This document shows positions 18,065 through 25,486 of a stretch of 33,104 nucleotides of DNA, in pieces. The stretch comes from a virus (Duplodnaviria > Caudoviricetes). Location: IMG/VR virus record IMGVR_UViG_3300037484_000322, positions 1-33,104 of that record. One strand, written 5' to 3'. Positions within the stretch are counted from its first letter, which is position 1. Each line of letters starts with the position of its first letter. Made by a program: the position numbers and the translations under genes. The notes under the pieces were generated by a model that ran no database searches, was not told the DNA's origin, and saw only the letters and a program-made list of their open reading frames with translations.

Positions 18065-18445
18065 TTACTCTTCAACGAAGAAATCAAAATTCTTCATCTT
18101 CCCAAGTCGGTTTCTGTAGATGATCTTCACATACGAACCTAGTTTGACAGGCTCAAAATAGCGTTCAAGCTGAGTCGTCAATCGGATATTGACTTCCTTC
18201 CCCTGCCCGACAATCAGAGTTGCATTTACTGAGGTTTTCCCCTCGTACTCTGACTCAAAAAACGCCTTAAGTTCACCTTCAAGGGTGTCTCCGGCACCTT
18301 CAAATTTGAAAAAGTTACTCGCCGGTCTCTTCTGCTGCGCCCAGTTTCTTTTCGGTTCCTCTGCCTTCGTCGGCTGCACCTGTTCCGGCGCAGTTGTTCC
18401 CGGACCCGCCTCCGTGTACGTTCCTCTACGTCCTGGTAGTGCCAT
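18065..18445 (-). CDS. Putative single-stranded DNA-binding protein (OB fold)
   Basis: RBS AAGGAGG. 'FFKF...GD..EG' ... 'G..VKI.Y' beta pattern; lies next to the exonuclease. Confidence 0.55.
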   Translation of the reverse strand: MALPGRRGTYTEAGPGTTAPEQVQPTKAEEPKRNWAQQKRPASNFFKFEGAGDTLEGELKAFFESEYEGKTSVNATLIVGQGKEVNIRLTTQLERYFEPVKLGSYVKIIYRNRLGKMKNFDFFVEE

Positions 18446-18457
18446 GTGCTTTCCTCC

Positions 18458-18862
18458 TTATTTCCCGTCTGTATTGTAGAACAATAATGGGCCAAGTTGA
18501 GCGACGAATGCGTCTGCTGTGGCCCATTCTGGCGGTCGAATACCCTCTGCATAGAAGGAATCTGCCCCTTTCACGACCATCGGGCTTTTTCTTTTGAGTG
18601 CATCTTTCGCCACGTCCAAGCATTCTCGAAGAATTGCCCCACGAGACGAAGGCCATGATGTGAGTTGCCGGTCCCCTGGAGCCGTCATCGTTGAATACTG
18701 ATACGGTGATGTAATTGCTTCCTCCGGTGTTCCACCCCACCACTTAGGATGGTCAACACGATTCATCACCGTCTGTGCCACAGCCAGTTTCGTCTTGATT
18801 GGCTCAAACGGAGCCTCTCGGCAGACCATGACAGCCATTAAAATGAGAGAGTAGGGGTCCAT
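18458..18862 (-). CDS. SleB/CwlJ-like cell wall hydrolase (Hydrolase_2), candidate endolysin
   Basis: Motifs 'REA..E......AVA..VMNR', 'QYS', 'GA..FY', 'P.WA' and 'G...FY'. Confidence 0.85.
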   Translation of the reverse strand: MDPYSLILMAVMVCREAPFEPIKTKLAVAQTVMNRVDHPKWWGGTPEEAITSPYQYSTMTAPGDRQLTSWPSSRGAILRECLDVAKDALKRKSPMVVKGADSFYAEGIRPPEWATADAFVAQLGPLLFYNTDGK

Positions 18863-18867
18863 GATTC

Positions 18868-19179
18868 TTACGCCAGACCTATGCTTTTCAGTACATCAAA
18901 AAGCTTCACGATATTCGGATGGTCCTCACAAAGTTGTAACGCCTCATCAATCTTCGTCAGTCGATCAGCACTCTCTTGGACCTTTTTTTCGTGCTCTGCC
19001 TGATTTATCTCTTCATTATGTTTCGCAGTTGCTAGACGATCAATCAAAGGCCGACGATCTACGGTAGGAATCTCCTGTATGTAATAAGACCCCGAATTGT
19101 ACATTTGACCAAGACCAGTATTCTGGGATGCTGCCTGTAATGAATTCCAAATTGCTGAACCAGATTGATTATTCATCAT
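18868..19179 (-). CDS. Hypothetical coiled-coil protein
   Basis: RBS GGAGG; first gene after the promoter at 19198-19226. Confidence 0.6.
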   Translation of the reverse strand: MMNNQSGSAIWNSLQAASQNTGLGQMYNSGSYYIQEIPTVDRRPLIDRLATAKHNEEINQAEHEKKVQESADRLTKIDEALQLCEDHPNIVKLFDVLKSIGLA

Positions 19180-19197
19180 ACATCCTCCGTGTACCTA

Positions 19198-19226
19198 ACT
19201 GTACCATGAGTTACCTGCTGTGTCAA
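19198..19226 (-). promoter_or_regulatory. Sigma70-type promoter
   Basis: TTGACA (19226-19221), 17-nt spacer, TACAGT with extended TG. Confidence 0.7.
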
Positions 19227-19253
19227 GTCTTATTTCCACCGATCGAGTATTAT

Positions 19254-19278
19254 TTAGATAAATTTTAGCTTTATCTAA
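19254..19278. repeat. AT-rich 9-bp inverted repeat after polA (terminator or operator)
   Basis: TTAGATAAA-N7-TTTATCTAA. Confidence 0.5.
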
Positions 19279-19296
19279 TAGCTTTAGAACATAAAT

Positions 19297-21618
19297 TTAT
19301 CGCCATTTTTCTAACACTTTGCACTCTGCAAAAATCGGCACTGAGACATCGACCCCAAAAGATTCTAGAATGAGCCGATGAAGATCAAGTCCCACTTCTT
19401 GAACAATCTTTGCCCCCTCTTCCCATTGATCGTCTGGAGCGTCAAAGACCGGTTCATCGTGAAGTTCTGCCACCAAGAGAATCCGATTAAGACCAGCCTT
19501 TTCAAAACGGTCCAGCAACTCAAGAGTAAAGATAATAAGGATATCGTGCCCGGCTGATTGAATGGCCCAGTTGATCGCTTCTCGTTCAATATCCTGATTG
19601 AGTTTTCCTTCAAATTCTCGAACCCGCCCAAACATGTTGACGACCCGACCCGTCTCATACAGGCGACGGATAATGGTCTTTTTCCATTCATCAACACCGG
19701 GATACAAGTGCTTGATTTTCCAGAAGATTGCTTCTGAGTCCTTATTATCAGGCAACCCACTAGCTGTTAAAAATTTCTCATATCCTCCCCCGTAGACTCC
19801 CAAATAATTTACGGTCTTCCCGTCACTTCGCCGTTCCAGGGCCACTTCAACCAAGAGAGAATAGACCATCATCGCTGCCGCGATATGGATGTCATCTTTA
19901 TCTTTTGCGGTTGAGAACCCTTTCCTCCTAAACATCCCACACAAGGTTTGGTCTTGAGACGCATGAGCAATCAGGCGGTACTCTAGCGCAGCCAAATCAG
20001 GATCGAGTAACTTACCTCCAAGGTACCTGGAAATGAAACAATGCCGCACGCCCTCTGGCGGGTTCTGCATATTTGGGTTCCTACTGTTCAGCCTTCCCCC
20101 CTCTGTTGCTTGCACACCAAATTGAGAATGCACACCGCCATCGCCCTGTGGGTGAGTCGCCCATGCCAAAAAGGTGTCCCAGTAGGTAGACTTTCGCTTA
20201 ACCGTCTTGCGGAGTTTTGAGAGTTTCTCCAAAATCGGATGACGGTGTGCATTCTGCTCTAGTGTCTCTTCATCTGTCGCATTCAGCCGGATATCGACTG
20301 ATTCCATTAACTTGATAATCTGCTGCGGGGACTGCGGGTTGAAGTCACTAGACCCCATGCTCTTTGCCATCTCGTCAATTTCACTTCTGAGTCGCGCTTG
20401 TTCTATCTTATTCTTAAAAATTTCTTCTTCGACAATCCGATGATCGACATGAAATCCGTTGATTTCCATGTCCGTCACAACAGGAAGATAGTCAGTAGAC
20501 AAAGAGAACGCATACGTCATCGGATCATTCGCTTGCTTCTGCATCAATGCGTCTGTATACAACAGATCACCAGCAAGATAATTTCTCATCTGCTCAAAGT
20601 TAATTTGACTCGTTGGTACTTTTCGATCCCACAAGGTATGAACCTCTGCTTCATACGCTGGAGCATCAAAATACCTCTTGGCTAACCACTTGAGACCAAT
20701 CCCTTCCGTAGGCCAGACTGGTTGGCTCTTATACCAGATCATCGTATCCCACAAACGGGCTTTTGGCGCACGGATGCCGTAATACCCAAGGAAAACCATA
20801 TCACCCTTCACATTATGTCCTACAATGTCTCCTTCATACGAGGCAAACCTATGACGTAGTTCTTTCATTAAGAGAGAACCATAGTCATCATACACATTCC
20901 ACGTATATGATTGACCCTGTGCCCTTAATCCAATCCAAGACAGCTTACCACCCATCCAGGGATAGATAAATTTCGACTGCTTCTTGGGTTTCTGACCTAC
21001 CCCTAACGCTGGTGGCAGGGGATTCTCAGTCTCAACATCAAGAATGATTTCACTCGATGAGAACAGCCTATCAAGACCTTCCTCCCATTCAGTCGTCACA
21101 GAAGGATAGACCAGCTTGTCCCTGACCGCACAAGCTGTCGTTGTCTCAATATGCCGAAGCACGGCTTCATTGCGGGTCCGAAGATAGGCTTCTGGGTGGT
21201 GTGTGAATAACACCAGTCTTTCCATGAGTGATGCCCCATCAACCATCTTTGCATCATACAGGAGGTTCTGCAATTTCCTATTTCCACCCAGGAGTGATGA
21301 AGCAGCAAATGCCCCGTATCCTACAACAGGCACTCCGGGATATTTCTCAAGCAGGGGCCTCACATACGCATCCCGGCACGCTTTAATCACGTCGATCTCT
21401 GCTAATTTTTTACTACAACAATTGACTGCGCTCATCAAGATTGGACGAATGCCTTGTTTCTCACAGATTTCTTGCAACAACGGGCTATTATCTGGGCTTT
21501 CCGTGACCATAATCAGGTTGGGATTCTCAGGAATCTCAGGAGGAACGAAGTTTTGTTCCTTCTCTTGACCCCACGGGCAAACCGCACAACCGAATAACTT
21601 GGGAGCTTTGACTTTCAT
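19297..21618 (-). CDS. polA: DNA polymerase family A with N-terminal UDG-family-4-like domain and 3'-5' exonuclease
   Basis: Exonuclease motifs 'LDVET', 'GHNVKGD' and 'YLAGD'. Polymerase motifs 'GRLNSRNPNMQN', A 'DLAALEYR', B 'K.VNY...YGGG' and C 'LHDE'. N-terminus has CxxC, NCC, C and 'THHP..YLR'. Confidence 0.93.
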   Translation of the reverse strand: MKVKAPKLFGCAVCPWGQEKEQNFVPPEIPENPNLIMVTESPDNSPLLQEICEKQGIRPILMSAVNCCSKKLAEIDVIKACRDAYVRPLLEKYPGVPVVGYGAFAASSLLGGNRKLQNLLYDAKMVDGASLMERLVLFTHHPEAYLRTRNEAVLRHIETTTACAVRDKLVYPSVTTEWEEGLDRLFSSSEIILDVETENPLPPALGVGQKPKKQSKFIYPWMGGKLSWIGLRAQGQSYTWNVYDDYGSLLMKELRHRFASYEGDIVGHNVKGDMVFLGYYGIRAPKARLWDTMIWYKSQPVWPTEGIGLKWLAKRYFDAPAYEAEVHTLWDRKVPTSQINFEQMRNYLAGDLLYTDALMQKQANDPMTYAFSLSTDYLPVVTDMEINGFHVDHRIVEEEIFKNKIEQARLRSEIDEMAKSMGSSDFNPQSPQQIIKLMESVDIRLNATDEETLEQNAHRHPILEKLSKLRKTVKRKSTYWDTFLAWATHPQGDGGVHSQFGVQATEGGRLNSRNPNMQNPPEGVRHCFISRYLGGKLLDPDLAALEYRLIAHASQDQTLCGMFRRKGFSTAKDKDDIHIAAAMMVYSLLVEVALERRSDGKTVNYLGVYGGGYEKFLTASGLPDNKDSEAIFWKIKHLYPGVDEWKKTIIRRLYETGRVVNMFGRVREFEGKLNQDIEREAINWAIQSAGHDILIIFTLELLDRFEKAGLNRILLVAELHDEPVFDAPDDQWEEGAKIVQEVGLDLHRLILESFGVDVSVPIFAECKVLEKWR

Positions 21619-22331
21619 TGGCAAGCCGCCTCTGCTTCTTCTCGTGTCCAATCAGTCGGGTCTTTTCCGTCATACATCCGTAGAGATACTTGGCAGATTC
21701 CGGCAATCTTCGATGCCACCTGGACTCCGAGGCAATATCCCTGGAAGTCCCCGTCGAACGCCACAATCACTTTACGTCCTTTTAGAAGGTCATTGAGCCG
21801 ACCGTCATAGAACCCGCCAAGTACCCCTACGGAAGACCCGTAGGGCGAGAGAGCAACGGCATCAGCCACGCCTTCACAAAAGAAAATTGGCTGTCGTGCC
21901 AACTGGTCATCAGAGAGCCAGTAATCTCGTTTGACTCCAGCAGGGTAATGATACTTTTTTGGAGCACGAGCATCCAGAGATCGTGCAGAATAAAAAATGG
22001 CTGTTCCCTCACGAGTAATTGGCATAACCAAGTATTCAAAGGTGTTGATCTCCGCGATATACCAGCCAAACTTCTTTGCCAATTCTGGTGTGACAGACGG
22101 CCATCGTTCCAACCAGTCCGTCGTCCGCAACGGCCTTGATTCCACCGGGAGGGCAAAGGGCTCTGCCGCGCATCGGTCTAATGAATCCGGGCGGTCTATG
22201 ACCATTCTCCCGGATTCCAGAGCCCCCTGCCCCGTCGATGGAAAAGTCTGATGACAGCCGAAGCAATACATCTTTTGACCACCCGGCAGTTCAGACCAGT
22301 AACTTGTATGCCCGCACTCACACGTCTTCAT
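21615..22331 (-). CDS. DnaG-type primase (Zn finger plus Toprim)
   Basis: N-terminal CxC...CFGC; Toprim motifs 'CEGVADA', 'FDGD' and 'KDP.D'. Confidence 0.85.
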   Translation of the reverse strand: MKTCECGHTSYWSELPGGQKMYCFGCHQTFPSTGQGALESGRMVIDRPDSLDRCAAEPFALPVESRPLRTTDWLERWPSVTPELAKKFGWYIAEINTFEYLVMPITREGTAIFYSARSLDARAPKKYHYPAGVKRDYWLSDDQLARQPIFFCEGVADAVALSPYGSSVGVLGGFYDGRLNDLLKGRKVIVAFDGDFQGYCLGVQVASKIAGICQVSLRMYDGKDPTDWTREEAEAACQ

Positions 22332-22340
22332 ATCTTGAGA

Positions 22341-22958
22341 TTACGCCTTTTTAGCTTGGTTGTCAAGACTTTTTGGTTTTTCATCATCTTTAATCGTCTT
22401 CTTAAAGCCTATATTTGCGGCTGTATGCCACACGACAATTCCTTCCGGGTCCATATACCCAGGTGATGCGTAACTCCCGAATCTCGATAAGGTTGAGAGA
22501 GCCCCAGTCACAGCCAGTTCATTAAAGTCCCCCCTGTAGAGTACGGGAACTCTATCACAACAGTCTGGTCGTGTCAAGAGGCTCTCCCAGTGGTCAACAT
22601 GAAAAAGAGACAGCCGTTTTTCTTTCAGTCCATATCCCCGTTGAATCTTCCCACCCCACCACTCCCCAAAATGTCGTCCGATACCTAGGTTCAAAAGTTC
22701 TTTAACATTCTCAGATACCCACCGGGCAAACCCAAAGTTATCATTCTCTGGTGTGATCCACCTAGTCCGAGAACCAGCGTAGACATAAAAATCTTGATCT
22801 CCAAGAGTAAAACACCCCAAAGAACCTAGTGGCAGCATCCTTAAACCAGCATCAACAGCCTGTTCAATATAAATCTGTGCGTTTGTTCCATCAATTTTCT
22901 CTGTGATAACCACTTCACGAGAAAGACGGGCCATTTTTGGATAACCTTGGAATTCCAT
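22341..22958 (-). CDS. ATP-dependent RNA ligase (Rnl2-like nucleotidyltransferase domain)
   Basis: Motif I 'TEKIDGTNA', then 'GSR', 'DNFGF', 'FGEW.G..IQ', motif IV 'EGIVV' and motif V 'FKK'. Confidence 0.85.
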   Translation of the reverse strand: MEFQGYPKMARLSREVVITEKIDGTNAQIYIEQAVDAGLRMLPLGSLGCFTLGDQDFYVYAGSRTRWITPENDNFGFARWVSENVKELLNLGIGRHFGEWWGGKIQRGYGLKEKRLSLFHVDHWESLLTRPDCCDRVPVLYRGDFNELAVTGALSTLSRFGSYASPGYMDPEGIVVWHTAANIGFKKTIKDDEKPKSLDNQAKKA

Positions 22959-22968
22959 TTTTTACTCC

Positions 22969-23859
22969 CTATAACCACGTACCTTTAATTTCCATCGTAT
23001 TAAAATCATACTGCCAGAGCATGTGTTTATTCTTGATTCGACGCCCTCTGGCTTTCGCCAGTTCCATTTCGATCTCATCCCTCGTTGTTTTGCCCATCAA
23101 TAGGATCACGTCTGCGTGGGATGCCTTTCCCACCTTGGCTCGGAAGAACCGAGCCATACCAAACTTAGGAACCTCAGCAGACTCATCAATAAAATTCAAC
23201 TGACTTCCAACAAGCATGATGATATTGTGCTTCTTTGCGATGAACCGCAGCCCCCTGGCAATCTCAGAAACCGCCAACCAATCCGCTCCTGCATCCCCGC
23301 CAGCGTGCATAATGTCTAAGTGGTCAATCACGACGATATCTACAGGAGTATTCGCCACAGCCCGGTCCACCGTTGGCACGTCAAACTTTGATTCAATGAC
23401 ATCCGCGAGGAAGAGTCGAGTCATCTGTTCCTCTTCATTCAAGGCATTCCCATAAATATCCATGATGTCACCCAGCAGGTCTTCTCCGTTGAAATGTAAG
23501 ACCTTGAGTTTTTTATTCGACTTGAGATAGGCTGCGGCGAGGAATGAAAGGATATGCGTCTTGCCCTGGTGGGGAGCCCCACCAATAATCACCAATTCCT
23601 GCCGCCGCAGCCCACCACCAAGATATTCATCGAGCCATTGAATCCCCGTCTTGAGAAACTGATCTCCATACGTGGGCAACACGACACGATCTGCCCGCTG
23701 CACCACCGTATTCCCCGCTGGACGCATGTTACTCAGGGCCGTGATGATCTTCTCTATGTACTTGAGTTCCCCCGTATTAAATGCTTTTTGCAAGTCTACG
23801 GCTACATCATTCAGGATCGTCTGGTCAAACTGTGCTTTGGACGGAGTTGTTTCACTCAT
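22969..23859 (-). CDS. DnaB-like (SF4) replicative helicase, motor domain
   Basis: Motifs 'TGI..LD..LGGG', Walker A 'GAPHQGKT', Walker B 'VVIDHLD', 'SQLN' and arginine finger 'KARG'. Confidence 0.9.
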   Translation of the reverse strand: MSETTPSKAQFDQTILNDVAVDLQKAFNTGELKYIEKIITALSNMRPAGNTVVQRADRVVLPTYGDQFLKTGIQWLDEYLGGGLRRQELVIIGGAPHQGKTHILSFLAAAYLKSNKKLKVLHFNGEDLLGDIMDIYGNALNEEEQMTRLFLADVIESKFDVPTVDRAVANTPVDIVVIDHLDIMHAGGDAGADWLAVSEIARGLRFIAKKHNIIMLVGSQLNFIDESAEVPKFGMARFFRAKVGKASHADVILLMGKTTRDEIEMELAKARGRRIKNKHMLWQYDFNTMEIKGTWL

Positions 23860-23909
23860 CTGTTCATCATCCAGTAAAAAATAAAGAAAGCACCAAAAAC
23901 ATATCCCAT
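23856..23909 (-). CDS. 17-aa aromatic leader peptide coupled to the helicase start
   Basis: RBS AAGGGG; MGYVFGAFFIFYWMMNR; ATGA overlap with the helicase. Confidence 0.4.
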   Translation of the reverse strand: MGYVFGAFFIFYWMMNR

Positions 23910-24022
23910 TTTCTTCCCCTTAAAAATATTCCTACCAACCCCCGCGTGTTCGGGCCACGCTCGCCCCTTTATCTTCTCGCGATTAACTACGACTGGCGAG
24001 ACCCTGTATTCAGGTTAATCTC

Positions 24023-24051
24023 ATCGTATCATGCCATCAGCCTCATGTCAA
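24023..24051 (-). promoter_or_regulatory. Sigma70-type promoter of the replication operon
   Basis: TTGACA, 17-nt spacer, TACGAT with extended TG. Confidence 0.75.
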
Positions 24052-24133
24052 GCCTTTTTAATGGGGGGGGGGTGCACCCCAGGACTTGATGCGAACGGGG
24101 AAATTCATAGTAGGGTCTCTTAGTATAGGGCAT
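24029..24133 (-). CDS. 34-aa microprotein spanning a C10 tract
   Basis: RBS GGAGG; MPYTKRPYYEFPRSHQVLGCTPPPLKRLDMRLMA. Confidence 0.35.
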   Translation of the reverse strand: MPYTKRPYYEFPRSHQVLGCTPPPLKRLDMRLMA

Positions 24134-24380
24134 TTTCAAACCTCCAGGATGAAAAATCTCATCTATAGAAAAATAAAAATAAAGTTCCATATATACCGCA
24201 TTCTTCTTAGCCTTTGCGTTCCCCCTTGCGGCTTCGCTTCTCGCCTTTTCCCTCGTGCTATACGGACCCCTAGCAGAAAGAGGGTACCCGATACGGCAAG
24301 CATACCAAAGACCGCAAGTCTTCCGCCAGTTTCGACTTTCGCAGCATTTCCTAGCAACCCATAAGCCCTTGATACTAAAT

Positions 24381-24527
24381 TTATGTCGCATGAGGTCCGC
24401 CATTCCTACATGGTCGCAAGTTACAGAGTAAGCATTCTTCGCACTCAGGGCAATAGGACGCCCGCCGATCATGCCACCACTTGCTAACGTGCCATTGTAT
24501 CTCTTTCCAAATGCTCCAGCGTGACAT
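24381..24527 (-). CDS. 48-aa Trp/Cys-rich Zn-finger microprotein
   Basis: RBS AAGGGGG; MSRWSIWKEIQWHVSKWWHDRRASYCPECEECLLCNLRPC... Confidence 0.55.
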   Translation of the reverse strand: MSRWSIWKEIQWHVSKWWHDRRASYCPECEECLLCNLRPCRNGGPHAT

Positions 24528-24548
24528 ATTATCCCCCCTTACACACTC

Positions 24549-24704
24549 AATGGTCGTCGTGGATTTGCCCCCTCGCTTTGGGTCTACTTACGTCACCACG
24601 TTTGGGCTTACTAGGGGTTATCGCCCTTGTGAGGCAAGTCTTCCCCTCAATTCAGCCCCCCTCTATTTTCTTTGGGGCATGTTCCTACCATGCCGCCGAC
24701 CATT
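24549..24704 (-). ncRNA. Candidate multibranch structured RNA (unclassified)
   Basis: Closing stem AATGGTCG/CGACCATT encloses four hairpins with A-rich linkers; intergenic. Confidence 0.45.
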
Positions 24705-24706
24705 CC

Positions 24707-24790
24707 TACTCGTCTTCGCCTAACCCCGTGACGATAATGAAAAACAGAAGAAACACCACGAACCACGCCCACCTAAATTCAAACCCCATG
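24707..24790 (-). CDS. 27-aa single-TM micropeptide
   Basis: MGFEFRWAWFVVFLLFFIIVTGLGEDE, preceded by a G-rich RBS. Confidence 0.4.
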
Positions 24791-24818
24791 CAACCCCCCA
24801 AGGAGTCTCGGACATGGT

Positions 24819-24989
24819 TTACCGCTTAGAGCCTTTTCTTACTTCTCGTTTGACGTTCTCCGGGTACTTGTGCCAACCGCACACGTAGCAAGACCAGTAT
24901 CCTGGTAAAATCTCAGACTCACCCGCTTGGACGATTGACAGCTTTGTAAATGAAACGCTATCTTTTGCCGGACAGTGACCACAGTTCAC
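24819..24989 (-). CDS. 56-aa Zn-ribbon microprotein
   Basis: GTG start overlaps the upstream TGA; CGHC...WSCYVCGW. Confidence 0.6.
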   Translation of the reverse strand: MNCGHCPAKDSVSFTKLSIVQAGESEILPGYWSCYVCGWHKYPENVKREVRKGSKR

Positions 24990-25258
24990 ACCTTCCCCCT
25001 TACCTTTGATTTTGACGCCCTGATAAGACTTCTAGTTCGTTTATGCCGCCTCAATTCAAGATGGCGGGTTGCTCTGATGTGAACCATCCCGTCAGGTGCA
25101 ACGCCTAACGCCTCCCCTTTACGTGCGAGTTCATCCGACTCGCGGACAAATGACCGCTTAGACCGACAACCAGGACACGGAAAAGGCAAGACAACCTTTT
25201 CCCCTGATTGCTCATGGAACATAAAACGATGTCCGCACCTATATTCTGATTGTAACAT
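24986..25258 (-). CDS. Small Zn-ribbon protein with basic tail
   Basis: CGH...CPGC; RBS GAGGGGG. Confidence 0.55.
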   Translation of the reverse strand: MLQSEYRCGHRFMFHEQSGEKVVLPFPCPGCRSKRSFVRESDELARKGEALGVAPDGMVHIRATRHLELRRHKRTRSLIRASKSKVRGKV

Positions 25259-25267
25259 GGTCCCCCC

Positions 25268-25486
25268 TCAGAATGGTAGTAAAATCTCTAGCGCCTCTCT
25301 CTCAGTTCTTTCTCTCAAAGCCTCCTTATACCAGAAACAAGCCGGGCACGGTAAACAGGGCTCATGCCATGATAGGGGCTCATGGATGGTAACTACAGCC
25401 CCCCTCATGGTCTTATACGCACCAGGACAAGACCCTAGCCGTGGTGAAACGTATTCCTTGTCCTTTGCTCCCTTTTTCTTTTTCAT
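25268..25486 (-). CDS. Small Cys-rich protein
   Basis: CPG...HEPCLPCPAC; ATGA overlap with the GATase. Confidence 0.55.
   Translation of the reverse strand: MKKKKGAKDKEYVSPRLGSCPGAYKTMRGAVVTIHEPLSWHEPCLPCPACFWYKEALRERTEREALEILLPF

Noticed and set aside
23975-24020. HDV-like (theta) ribozyme
   Set aside because: A 7-bp P1-like pairing exists, but the P3/L3, P1.1 and catalytic-C arrangement do not fit.
24029-24472. 147-aa ORF from the track as a single gene
   Set aside because: It has no clear RBS and is better explained by 24381-24527 (other frame, good RBS) and 24029-24133 (GGAGG).
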